From IMG/VR virus record IMGVR_UViG_3300024344_000017, positions 1 through 53,802 of that record: a DNA stretch of 53,802 nt; one strand, written 5' to 3'. Position numbers and translations under genes: made by a program. Positions 19,089 to 27,918 of this stretch are shown in pieces. The DNA comes from a virus (taxonomy: Duplodnaviria > Caudoviricetes). Under the pieces are notes generated by a model. That model saw only the letters and a program-made list of their open reading frames with translations. It searched no databases and was not told the origin of the DNA. Numbering within the stretch: the stretch's first letter is position 1; each line of letters begins with the position of its first letter.

Positions 19089-19557
19089 TTAATTCCACAT
19101 TATGTGTTGTTTCTCCTAACGCTAATTTTGCCAGTCTTTGTGCTGAAAGTGCAGCATTAGCTAAAGCATTTATTTGTGAAGGTATGAAACCTTTCTTGCC
19201 ACCATTTATATCATCTGTGTTCTTTCTTATGTTCTGACCTACAGTAGCCATAAGTGCTTTTGCCAAATTGAGACTAGTATTGTCAAACTTCTTTGATTCT
19301 TCGGTTAGGTTTTTGCTACGCTCTACATCTAGTTTGTGTAAATACTCTGCTTGGAATTGTTCTTTTTCATGCTTCCAGTTTTCTTTGTTAGCTACCCTGT
19401 AAAGTGTTGATTTTGCTACCTTATGTTTCTTGTGCAGTTCTTCTAAGGTAAATACCACTCTTGCGCCACTATCATCTGTAATACCTTGCACAAACTCATT
19501 CCTTATTTTGAGTTTTAGCGTGTCAGTTAGTTTTAGATTTCTAGTTTTTTTGGTCAT
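18988..19557 (-). CDS. Putative terminase small subunit
   Basis: Directly upstream of TerL; N-terminal HTH (LEELHKKHKVAKSTLYR..W) plus helical body. Confidence 0.7.
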   Translation of the reverse strand: MTKKTRNLKLTDTLKLKIRNEFVQGITDDSGARVVFTLEELHKKHKVAKSTLYRVANKENWKHEKEQFQAEYLHKLDVERSKNLTEESKKFDNTSLNLAKALMATVGQNIRKNTDDINGGKKGFIPSQINALANAALSAQRLAKLALGETTHNVELNANITEERAFRDAMELLDEVARTKQQADDKSLH

Positions 19558-19626
19558 TTTTTCTCACTTATTCTCACAAATATAATGCAGAATGGTATAT
19601 AAATCAAAATATAACACATTAAACTT

Positions 19627-19669
19627 ATTCCGAACAGGGTTTTCTTTTTGCATATATTTAGGTTATGCT
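19627..19669 (+). promoter_or_regulatory. Operator copy (ATTCC-GAACA-GGGTT) plus putative sigma70 promoter
   Basis: Motif at 19627-19641; -10-like TATGCT at 19664-19669; TTGAAGGAG leader before ATG 19695. Confidence 0.65.
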
Positions 19670-19694
19670 TAATCTGTAAATTGAAGGAGTTAAA

Positions 19695-19958
19695 ATGAAA
19701 AAATTAATCTACACACAATGTTATCCAGTTGAAGTCAGTCAAAAATTAATGAGCAATGTGCCTGTGGTTGTTAGCTACTACGCTTTCAGTTCTTCTACCG
19801 AAATGCGAATAAATGTTCGTGATAACGCTCACGAGGTTGTGCATGTTGAAAAGTTTGCAAAAAACTTAACACAAACCGAATGTAAAGCTCATTTCAAAAA
19901 AATACTAAAAGAAGATAAAGAATACTGTAATAGTTATTCCGAAAAGGGTTGTTTTTAG
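19695..19958 (+). CDS. Early hypothetical protein
   Basis: AAGGAG RBS, downstream of promoter. Confidence 0.7.
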   Translation: MKKLIYTQCYPVEVSQKLMSNVPVVVSYYAFSSSTEMRINVRDNAHEVVHVEKFAKNLTQTECKAHFKKILKEDKEYCNSYSEKGCF

Positions 19959-19977
19959 ATCAAAAATATGTTATGAT
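19936..19977 (+). promoter_or_regulatory. Operator copy (ATTCC-GAAAA-GGGTT) overlapping a sigma70 promoter
   Basis: TTGTTT(19949)-17 bp-TATGAT(19972), with extended -10 TG. Confidence 0.75.
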
Positions 19978-20013
19978 ATGTCTTGTAATAAATAATAAAT
20001 TGAAGGAAATAAA

Positions 20014-20181
20014 ATGAAAACAATGAATCTCTACGCTTTAGGTGAAACCCCAATAGCTGAAAAAACTACCGAAGAACTTATTGACACTCTAGTAAGCATC
20101 GCTCTTAAAGGTGCTACCGATAAAGGCGATATGTTCTTGTTGTTTCGTGTTGAAGAAGAACTAAAAAAGAGGTGTGCGTAA
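20014..20181 (+). CDS. Small early hypothetical protein (55 aa, MKTMNLYALGETP...KKRCA), below the ORF-track cutoff
   Basis: Translated by hand; GAAGGA RBS and the same leader as other operator-linked genes. Confidence 0.7.
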   Translation: MKTMNLYALGETPIAEKTTEELIDTLVSIALKGATDKGDMFLLFRVEEELKKRCA

Positions 20182-20193
20182 GCGCACTTCTTT
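20167..20193 (+). terminator. Stem-loop with GTAA tetraloop (weak terminator or processing site)
   Basis: AAGAGGTGTGC-GTAA-GCGCACTTCTT-T. Confidence 0.45.
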
Positions 20194-20204
20194 AGGAGTA
20201 TAAA

Positions 20205-21014
20205 ATGAAGATAATAAAAAATACCTCTGGCTTTGAAACCAAAAAACTGAAATCACTTTACTGTTATATCCATGCTTTAATGTCAAAAGCTGAAGGACGA
20301 CTACCGCAATGGAAAACACTTAAAGTAGAAATAAGGTCTAAGTCTTTTGGGTATAGTGGTCGTGCCTATCTTGGAAAAGTTTTTGGAACTGGTTGGGATA
20401 TGTTCTTATCAATGAGTAATAAATTGAGCATTGAGGAAATAAGCCAGTTGTTTGCCCACGAACTAATGCATAGCTACGGATATGAACATAACCAATATCG
20501 TACTAACCCACTTGATGACAAACAAATTGAATTGATTAAGAGTAAATACAATGTTGAAGATTTACTAATAAAAGATTCGCCTAAAGAAACGCAAGTCAAT
20601 GTTGTAGCTAAAAACTATAAACAGCTAAAACTACGAAAAGCTAACTTGCTCAAAAAACAAAAACAGTATCAGTCTAATCTAAAGCGTATTGATAACAGTA
20701 TGAAAAAGGTTGAGCGTTCAATAGCACAGTATGAAAAGAAATACGACAATGAACGATTGGTAGCCGAGCGTGTGCCAATGACCCAACGCAAAAAAGGTAA
20801 ACACCCAAAACAAGTATGCAAAGAATTGTGTGAGAAACATGATTGGCTTCATATCTATCACGATGATTGGTTTGAAGACGAATTAGTCATTGAAGTCTAT
20901 GACAAAGATAACTATGACGATAGTAATGGAGTTGATTGGGACGATAGATACGAAACATGGAAACAAGCAAAAGAAGTAGCGTTGAAACTAATCAAGGAAA
21001 AGAACAATGCGTAA
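20205..21014 (+). CDS. SprT-like zincin metallopeptidase domain plus coiled coil
   Basis: FAHELMHSYGYEH (HExxH..G..H) motif. Confidence 0.65.
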   Translation: MKIIKNTSGFETKKLKSLYCYIHALMSKAEGRLPQWKTLKVEIRSKSFGYSGRAYLGKVFGTGWDMFLSMSNKLSIEEISQLFAHELMHSYGYEHNQYRTNPLDDKQIELIKSKYNVEDLLIKDSPKETQVNVVAKNYKQLKLRKANLLKKQKQYQSNLKRIDNSMKKVERSIAQYEKKYDNERLVAERVPMTQRKKGKHPKQVCKELCEKHDWLHIYHDDWFEDELVIEVYDKDNYDDSNGVDWDDRYETWKQAKEVALKLIKEKNNA

Positions 21015-21309
21015 ATTAGAAACTTGGGAAGTAGCTATACAAAGGTTTACAGAAACCGCAAATAAAGAATTCGGTGAGGACTACGATAAAATTCCTAGTA
21101 GGGAGTTATCTTCCTCAAGAATGGGTGGTTGGCTAATCAAAGACACTGAAGACATGATGATTGGCTTTGTGCCAATACTTGGTCATGTGAATGTTTATGA
21201 TTACGAACCACAAACGAGTGAAACTGTTAAAGAAAACAGATATTACTCAGCTTTGGCAGAAGAAAACGAAAACCAGTCAAGACAATGGGAGAACATTGAA
21301 GATGAATGA
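21007..21309 (+). CDS. Hypothetical protein
   Basis: Coupled ORF with AAGGA RBS. Confidence 0.6.
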   Translation: MRKLETWEVAIQRFTETANKEFGEDYDKIPSRELSSSRMGGWLIKDTEDMMIGFVPILGHVNVYDYEPQTSETVKENRYYSALAEENENQSRQWENIEDE

Positions 21310-21571
21310 TGATAAATTGAAGATTGAGCATAACATTGAAATGCCTTATTCAAAGCATGGTGGCAAAAACAAAAAGTGGGACAACATAAGAAAAACCATT
21401 TTGTTAATGCAAGTAGGCGATAGTGTCGCCTTTACTAATAGGCATGAGGCTATGCGCTTTAGGACTAGGGCATACACAATGAGCAAGACACAGGAAGTCA
21501 CAGGTAAATGGGTTATAAGGACATTGCATGATGCTGAACCAGTAGCTTGGCGAGTATGGAGAGTAGAATGA
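21302..21571 (+). CDS. Hypothetical small basic protein, possibly DNA-binding
   Basis: KIEHNIEMP...MQVGDSV...WRVWRV pattern common in small phage proteins; start corrected to 21302. Confidence 0.6.
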   Translation: MNDDKLKIEHNIEMPYSKHGGKNKKWDNIRKTILLMQVGDSVAFTNRHEAMRFRTRAYTMSKTQEVTGKWVIRTLHDAEPVAWRVWRVE

Positions 21572-21726
21572 CAAGATTGCGTGTAAAGAACAAATGTATT
21601 TTTGGAGCATTCTTGGGTTATACCGATGAAACAAAAAAGAAAGTGCGGTTTCTTGACGAAGAAACAAATGAAATCGTGGTCTATAAATCAAACCGAGTAG
21701 AGAAAACTTATGATAAATGGAACTAG
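21568..21726 (+). CDS. Small hypothetical protein (52 aa, MTRLRVKNK...DKWN)
   Basis: Hand-translated; ATGA coupling, GGAG RBS. Confidence 0.55.
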   Translation: MTRLRVKNKCIFGAFLGYTDETKKKVRFLDEETNEIVVYKSNRVEKTYDKWN

Positions 21727-21727
21727 T

Positions 21728-21768
21728 ATTCCGATAAGGGTTTTCTTTATAGAGTAAGGAGTTATACT
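21728..21768 (+). promoter_or_regulatory. Operator copy (ATTCC-GATAA-GGGTT) plus promoter of the replication genes
   Basis: Motif at 21728-21742; TATACT at 21763-21768, 6 nt before ATG 21775. Confidence 0.7.
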
Positions 21769-21774
21769 TAAATT

Positions 21775-22419
21775 ATGTCTATAAAATGTCTTAATCAAGC
21801 ACTAAACCAACAAGGACTAACACCAACAAAGAAATTTATATTAGTAATACTAGGCAATTACGCTGACGAACAAGGCACTTGCTATCCATCTTACAGACAC
21901 ATAGCAGATATAGTCGGACTTGCCGACACCAAAGGTGTTCAAAGAGCCATAAAGGAATTTGAGCAAATGGGTTTGCTATACATAGAGCATCGTAAAGCTG
22001 AAAATGGCGGAAACACTAGCAATAGATACCATTTGCGGTTAGGTGAGGGTGTAGAAACCCCCAAGGGTGCAAAAGCGTGGAAGGAGAGGGTGGAGAAACC
22101 CACCAATACTAAAGATAATACTAAAGATAAATATAATGATGCGTTTCTAGAGTTTTGGTCTTTATATCCAAGAAAGCTAGGAAAGAAGATGGCTTATAAA
22201 TCGTTTATCAAGTTTGATGAAAAACATTACAACAAGATTGTTTATGGTGCAGGTAGATTTGCAGAAAGTCAAAAAGCGACAGAAGTAAGATTTATACCGC
22301 ACCCTACAACATGGTTGAACCAAGAGAGATGGCTTGATTGGTTCATAACTGATGAGTATGGGTATGTAATACGACCTAAAGAAGATAAAACCAAAGGAGC
22401 AAATCAGCTTGCAGGATAA
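21775..22419 (+). CDS. Replication initiator (N-terminal HTH, lambdoid O-like organisation)
   Basis: CYPSYRHIA wHTH, SNRY, FW..YP.K..K, P.TWLN..RW motifs. Confidence 0.82.
   Translation: MSIKCLNQALNQQGLTPTKKFILVILGNYADEQGTCYPSYRHIADIVGLADTKGVQRAIKEFEQMGLLYIEHRKAENGGNTSNRYHLRLGEGVETPKGAKAWKERVEKPTNTKDNTKDKYNDAFLEFWSLYPRKLGKKMAYKSFIKFDEKHYNKIVYGAGRFAESQKATEVRFIPHPTTWLNQERWLDWFITDEYGYVIRPKEDKTKGANQLAG
22045..22140. promoter_or_regulatory. Putative replication origin (iterons plus AT-rich tandem repeat) inside the initiator gene
   Basis: GAGGGTG(T/G)AGAAACCC at 22045 and 22086, partial copy at 22063; AATACTAAAGAT x2 at 22105-22128. Confidence 0.55.
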
Positions 22420-22431
22420 CAGGAGAGTAAA

Positions 22432-24129
22432 ATGAAGCAAGAAACACCAGAAGAACATGGTATAAAATTGAAGAAATATGACTACGGAACACAAAAGGTT
22501 AAGTGTCCACAATGTCAACCACCACACAACATGAAAGACAATCCTTTATCGGTGACCATCAATGAAGAAGGAACAGTTTGGTTCTGTCATCATTGCGACT
22601 GGAAAGGCTCATACTATAAAAACACAGATAGGTATTATGTGCCAAAGAAACCTGTATATCAAAAACCTATAACACCGAAATTGAGCAAGAATCAAAGAAT
22701 GTATGATTACTTCAACAAGCGTGGCATAACTAATACTATCGTTGATGAATTCAAAATCTTTGATGAAAAAGGGTGGTATGGATTTCAGTATTTCAACTTG
22801 AACAATGAATTAATCAACATCAAATACCGAAACGAAAACAAAGAGTTCAGGCAAACGCAAGGTGCAGAACAGATACTTTACAATTATAAAAATGTAGCAA
22901 AACAAGAAGTGGTGGTATTCACTGAAGGCGAGATGGATGTATTGAGTATTGCTGAAGTAGGCTACCAAGCTACAACATTGCCTAATGGTGCACCAAAAGA
23001 AGCTAAATTCAACAAAAACGATGCTAGATACAAAGCATTAGCTAATTGCCCTTTAGATGCTAAGAAGATTATATTGTTCACTGACAACGATGTTGCAGGA
23101 AAAGCATTACACAAAGAGTTGCTACACAGGTTCGGTAAAGATGTTTGTTGGTTTGTTAGAATGCCGAAAGACTGCAAAGATGCAAACGACATACTAAACA
23201 TACATGGTGCGGTAGAGTTAAAACGAATACTAGACGAAGCTGAACCATACCCAATAGATGGTCTATATACCGCTAACGACTATTATTCTCAGATACAAGA
23301 CCTTTATGATGGGAATTATGAAAGACCTATAGAAATAGGCATGAAAGGTCTAGATGATATATATAAGATTATGACTGGGACATTCCACACGATAACAGGC
23401 ATACCAAATCATGGTAAAAGTATTTTCCTAGACCAAATACTGCTTAAATTGGCTATCAATCACGATTGGAAGTTCGCAGTCTTTTCGCCTGAACACTCAA
23501 CCAGTATGCACATACGCAGATTAACGCAAATGTTTACGCAGAAAGGTTTTGACATCGGCTTTGATAACAGAATGGATAAAGATGACTTAAACAAAGCATT
23601 AAAGTTTATACATAAACATTTCTATTTTATAGAAACCAGAGATAGTGTGCCGACTATAGATACTATATTAGATATAGCTAAGAGTAGTATCTTCAAGTAT
23701 GGCATAAATGGTTTAGTCATTGACCCTTATAACGAAGTTGACGCAAAACGCACAGGAAACGCTAGAGAAGATGAGCATATAAGAGATTTTATTTCACTAT
23801 GTAAAAGATTTTCAAGGATATACGAAATAGTGACATGGGTGGTCGCACACCCTACCAAGTTGCCTAAGAGTAATGATGGTGGCTATTTACCGCCTACTGC
23901 CTATGATATTAGTGGTGCAGCACATTGGCACAACCAAGCTGACGCAGTATTAACAATTCATAGAGATTTTGACGAAAACACTACTAGCGTTATAACAAGG
24001 AAAATAAGGGAACAAGACTTGTATGGTAAAATCGGTGAGGCAAAGTTCCAATACAATTTCAAAACTAGGGATTTCCAACCATACGAAAAAAAGATTAGCG
24101 ATACAGATTGGGCAAAAGAGTCATGGTAG
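22432..24129 (+). CDS. Primase-helicase (Twinkle / T7 gp4-like)
   Basis: CPQC...CHHC zinc finger, EGEMD and D.D..G TOPRIM, KDAND, GIPNHGKS Walker A, VIDPY, VVAHP, DISGA motifs. Confidence 0.92.
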   Translation: MKQETPEEHGIKLKKYDYGTQKVKCPQCQPPHNMKDNPLSVTINEEGTVWFCHHCDWKGSYYKNTDRYYVPKKPVYQKPITPKLSKNQRMYDYFNKRGITNTIVDEFKIFDEKGWYGFQYFNLNNELINIKYRNENKEFRQTQGAEQILYNYKNVAKQEVVVFTEGEMDVLSIAEVGYQATTLPNGAPKEAKFNKNDARYKALANCPLDAKKIILFTDNDVAGKALHKELLHRFGKDVCWFVRMPKDCKDANDILNIHGAVELKRILDEAEPYPIDGLYTANDYYSQIQDLYDGNYERPIEIGMKGLDDIYKIMTGTFHTITGIPNHGKSIFLDQILLKLAINHDWKFAVFSPEHSTSMHIRRLTQMFTQKGFDIGFDNRMDKDDLNKALKFIHKHFYFIETRDSVPTIDTILDIAKSSIFKYGINGLVIDPYNEVDAKRTGNAREDEHIRDFISLCKRFSRIYEIVTWVVAHPTKLPKSNDGGYLPPTAYDISGAAHWHNQADAVLTIHRDFDENTTSVITRKIREQDLYGKIGEAKFQYNFKTRDFQPYEKKISDTDWAKESW

Positions 24130-24142
24130 TAAGGGAGGAAGC

Positions 24143-24358
24143 ATGAATAAAACATTAGAAGCAGTAAGGGAAGCTAGTATATCTATAGCTTGTTTGTTAG
24201 ATGATGTTGCAGTTAATGATAGTAGTGAACTAAACTTATCTGAATTGCAAAAAGATATAGAACACATACAGGACAAGATAACGATTATAGAAAACTTTTT
24301 AGAACCTTTTGTAATTGAAGAATTTGAAAACATGAAAACGACAAACGAGGAAGCATGA
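24143..24358 (+). CDS. Hypothetical protein
   Basis: GGGAGG RBS before ATG 24143. Confidence 0.6.
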   Translation: MNKTLEAVREASISIACLLDDVAVNDSSELNLSELQKDIEHIQDKITIIENFLEPFVIEEFENMKTTNEEA

Positions 24359-24370
24359 ACATATTTTATT

Positions 24371-24913
24371 TTAATGACTGGATATATCTAGCCAATCATT
24401 TAGTTCTTTCGCCAAAGACTCAGTTTCTTTCGGTGTGTTCAAAGAATAATGTTCTATGTTTTTAGCTAGTCTTTGATTAGTGCATATATTGTTTATCTTT
24501 GTTATTCTTGATTTCTTGAATTTTTCTGATTGATTGTCGCCTCTGTGATTATGCCTAAAGTCTAGCGTTTCAGGTATATTCTCTAACACTATAATTCTTG
24601 TGTCATAAGAATTACATAATTTCTCTAAGTTTGTGCCAGTAAATAACCTATCACCCTCAAACAGTATGTTCTTTTCAAACTTATCTATGTATTTATCAAA
24701 GTCGCTTTGAACCGCCATAGAAAGTTTATCTGTCCCTGCGAACACTTCTTGTCTTTCGTATATACCTAAAATACTGATATTCCTTTTAGTTTCAACATAT
24801 CCACGCAACAAACCATACTTAAATTTTGTTTTCGGTTGTATAAACCCCAATAAAGACCTAACTAGTGTTGTCTTACCAGTTGCAGGGACACCGCCTATAG
24901 CTACGCATTTCAT
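24371..24913 (-). CDS. P-loop nucleotide/DNA kinase (putative 5-hydroxymethyluracil-DNA kinase role)
   Basis: GGVPATGKTT Walker A, GTDKLSM, ILFEGDRL; last gene of the modification operon. Confidence 0.75.
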   Translation of the reverse strand: MKCVAIGGVPATGKTTLVRSLLGFIQPKTKFKYGLLRGYVETKRNISILGIYERQEVFAGTDKLSMAVQSDFDKYIDKFEKNILFEGDRLFTGTNLEKLCNSYDTRIIVLENIPETLDFRHNHRGDNQSEKFKKSRITKINNICTNQRLAKNIEHYSLNTPKETESLAKELNDWLDISSH

Positions 24914-25890
24914 AATGTTCCATACTCCAATGTTCCTGTATCTAAGAAAACCTCATATAATTCTTTCCTTATAGCTTTGCTTTCATGTAATGGTTGTTCA
25001 AGCGTTTCTTCTCTTGCGTCCCAAAACACTTGCCAATCTATACCTGCCCAATCATCAGCTTCTACTTTCTTAATTTCTTCTGCTTGTCTATCTAGATAAT
25101 ACCCTAAATATCTACCTTGTTTTTTTCTAAATATCTTTTTGAAGCTACACAAAAGAGTTTCCATTTGGTATAAATCCATATCCACTTTGTATTCTTTTCC
25201 AATTTCTTCTCTAATTCTTAATGCCTGTATTTCTAAGTGCTGTGTAGTTATAGGTTTTAGTTTTTTATTAATAAGTTCATCGTGGCACAAAGCATATAAC
25301 AATCCATTACGATGCGACTTGCTACCGCTATAATCAGATAGTTTTAAGTTATCAGGTAAGACATTTACACCCACACAATCTTTCAATGTTTGCAAATAAT
25401 ACCAAGTAGAGTATCTGCCGAACTTGTGCATATTGAGAATTATGCTTTGCCAAACGAAATCAAAAGACTTTTCTTGTAGCTTATCAAACCTATGTCGCTG
25501 TGTTTTCTCTGGGTTATTGTGCATAATCCATCGTTTATAACTGGCAAATTGGTCTGGTAAATGCCCTTTATTCCATTTCGTGTCAGTTTGATAACGCAAC
25601 CTGTGATAGTTTTCATTGTTCCATTTTTTTAATCTGTTTTGGTCAACCAACTCAAAATCAGGGAACTCATTCCATATAATCCAAGCTGTAGGCAAATGAT
25701 AAGTAGTGCCATATATCCAAGCTATCCAATACTTTTGTTCTATATTGTGCTCATACCTGTCAAATAAATAATTCAACAACCACAATGCAGGGTCGCAGTC
25801 TTTGTGTTCTATAGACCAAACGCACCATTCTTTGAATGCTAATTCTCTATTTTCCTGCAACCTATAATCCACGATACCCTGACTCATCAA
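24910..25890 (-). CDS. Amino acid:DNA transferase / aGPT-pyrophosphorylase-like protein (HhH glycosylase fold)
   Basis: D.DPA..LL, FGRYS.W.Y, ETLLCSFKK, RY.GYY.DR motifs resemble aGPT-Pplase clade 2; sits next to a kinase and a TET/JBP gene. Confidence 0.72.
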   Translation of the reverse strand: MMSQGIVDYRLQENRELAFKEWCVWSIEHKDCDPALWLLNYLFDRYEHNIEQKYWIAWIYGTTYHLPTAWIIWNEFPDFELVDQNRLKKWNNENYHRLRYQTDTKWNKGHLPDQFASYKRWIMHNNPEKTQRHRFDKLQEKSFDFVWQSIILNMHKFGRYSTWYYLQTLKDCVGVNVLPDNLKLSDYSGSKSHRNGLLYALCHDELINKKLKPITTQHLEIQALRIREEIGKEYKVDMDLYQMETLLCSFKKIFRKKQGRYLGYYLDRQAEEIKKVEADDWAGIDWQVFWDAREETLEQPLHESKAIRKELYEVFLDTGTLEYGTL

Positions 25891-26419
25891 ATACTTTTAT
25901 ACAACCGCCTCGCCCATTTTTATAAACAGCAGAATTGATAACAGGGTCTTTTATGTCATATATACCATCAGAGAAAGTTTTACCTGCTATAAGGAACATT
26001 GATAACTGACTTTTAGATTTTTGCTCACCTAACATTATGAAACCTATATTCTTATAAAAATCTACCGCTTCAGGCTCTGCTGATACTCTGAAATATCTAG
26101 CTTTATTTTGAATGGCATACAAAAGACTGTAATTGCAGAGTTTCCTAGCTACACCTTTCCTGCGATGTTTAGCAAAAGTGTGTAGTAGTTGTAAATTAGC
26201 TACTTTTGGCTCTTTTTTAGATATGGTTGTTATAATCGCACCACACAATTCGTTATCTTCTGAATAACCAACACACCTGTTCCAATACTTACCCATGTTA
26301 GCTTTAGAAACGAATGTATGTGCAAATTTATCAGCAACATCTTCTGTAATTGATTCACAGAATGCTTTTTTACTACACCTTGATAAACTCACGAACTTTA
26401 TTGCCTCTGCTTTTATCAT
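25862..26419 (-). CDS. GNAT-family acetyltransferase
   Basis: HRRKGVARKL acetyl-CoA motif A and AVDFYKNIGF motif B. Confidence 0.82.
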   Translation of the reverse strand: MIKAEAIKFVSLSRCSKKAFCESITEDVADKFAHTFVSKANMGKYWNRCVGYSEDNELCGAIITTISKKEPKVANLQLLHTFAKHRRKGVARKLCNYSLLYAIQNKARYFRVSAEPEAVDFYKNIGFIMLGEQKSKSQLSMFLIAGKTFSDGIYDIKDPVINSAVYKNGRGGCIKVFDESGYRGL

Positions 26420-27248
26420 GTTTGGTCTTTTGCCAACCATTGTATTCTTTAATATCCCACACGAATGGTGGGAATTTATAGTCGTAAGAACTCAATATCT
26501 CATATACATTGGGTCCATCATTCAGTGCAGCATCAATGAAGTTTTCAGCAAATTTGAATTGGTCATGTATTTCCCTTTTGTTAGTTGTAGAGCGAAAGCA
26601 CCTAAATTCAATAGTTTCAGTATGTTTTAAACAATAAGTATTGATTGCATATCTGAAAGGTCTGCCCATAGAAACACCATCTTTTCCTGCAGCGTGTAAT
26701 TTAATGTAATGTTCAAAGTTTTCAGCTAAATTTATAATGTTGTTGCACATATATGGTGGCATTTCTCTACCGCCATCATATTTAAGATACATCTTGGCTC
26801 CTTTTGACTTTTGCATAGCTATTCCTGCATCGTAGAAGTTATAAAGCGTAGCTATAGTAAGTGCTTGGTTAGACATAATGTATTTGGTTAGTCGTTTCAA
26901 CGCTTCTATGTCGTTTATCAATTCAGGCACATGAACATGAAGGTGACCATGATTAACACAAGCAGCAGTCGGTGTGTCGCCCTTCTCAACGAAAAAATTG
27001 AACAAATCCATAATAAGTTCTACTTGTTCTTGCCAAGTAGCTGTGGGTTTTGTATTTATCTCACCGCCCATGTGTGGAGTTTCACCTAATGGGTCACATG
27101 CAACATATTGAAAAGGTTCTATAATGTTTACTATATCGGTTTCAGCATATTCCCATTTACCAAACTTTTCAGGTATCTCATGTTTCCTGTTTATATCACC
27201 CCATTCAACCTCATATCCCCATGTAAATTTCTTTTTGTCGTAATTCAT
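26373..27248 (-). CDS. Putative amidoligase (COOH-NH2 ligase, glutamine-synthetase-like fold)
   Basis: TWGYEVE, GGEINT, HGHLHVHV, TIEFRCF motifs. Confidence 0.8.
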   Translation of the reverse strand: MNYDKKKFTWGYEVEWGDINRKHEIPEKFGKWEYAETDIVNIIEPFQYVACDPLGETPHMGGEINTKPTATWQEQVELIMDLFNFFVEKGDTPTAACVNHGHLHVHVPELINDIEALKRLTKYIMSNQALTIATLYNFYDAGIAMQKSKGAKMYLKYDGGREMPPYMCNNIINLAENFEHYIKLHAAGKDGVSMGRPFRYAINTYCLKHTETIEFRCFRSTTNKREIHDQFKFAENFIDAALNDGPNVYEILSSYDYKFPPFVWDIKEYNGWQKTKHDKSRGNKVREFIKV

Positions 27249-27910
27249 TGTAAATCCTCAATAACATCTCTAATTCTTATTTGTTTTAAAGCGTTATTCT
27301 GTATAACATAATCAACACAAGACTCGGTTTTTTCTATTCCGAACCCACTAATACCTGCTCTTTCCAATATATCTTTAGTACTTGCTATGAATGTATCTTT
27401 GTTCGTTTGTGCATAATATAAAGGTCTTTGTTCGTTTCTAAAGAAATGCATAGAAGCTGTGCCTCTTGCATCTATAACTACTGCTGACATAGAACCTTCT
27501 AACCACAAAGCATGAGATTGGTTTTCCCATGCACGCAAGATAATTTCACTATCGCATTTCGTTTCAAATTTGTAGTTGTAGGTATCTTCCCATGTGCTAG
27601 GGTCTGCCTGTGTTATCACACCATTATGAACAACAGCTATATCTTGACTAACTATGGGTTGATTCCACTCAATATCGGAAGTGCTATAACGACAATGCGC
27701 TATCAGCATTTTTGTATATATATTATCAGGTATATCAAATGCATCAGCTGATTTAGGCAAAATGAAATGTTTTATTTTATTAGCATCTTTGTAGTCTATA
27801 TAAGCTAGTCCAGTAGCGTGTTTGCCTCTTATCATTGACTGGTCTAATAGTTTTCTAAATGAATCTATATCTACTCCATCGTTATTATGGACACCTATAA
27901 CTGCACACAT
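27245..27910 (-). CDS. Class II (Ntn) glutamine amidotransferase
   Basis: N-terminal Cys (MCAVIG), RG.HATG, HCRYST, NQP, HNGVI, DSE. Confidence 0.9.
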   Translation of the reverse strand: MCAVIGVHNNDGVDIDSFRKLLDQSMIRGKHATGLAYIDYKDANKIKHFILPKSADAFDIPDNIYTKMLIAHCRYSTSDIEWNQPIVSQDIAVVHNGVITQADPSTWEDTYNYKFETKCDSEIILRAWENQSHALWLEGSMSAVVIDARGTASMHFFRNEQRPLYYAQTNKDTFIASTKDILERAGISGFGIEKTESCVDYVIQNNALKQIRIRDVIEDLQ

Positions 27911-27918
27911 ATAATCCT

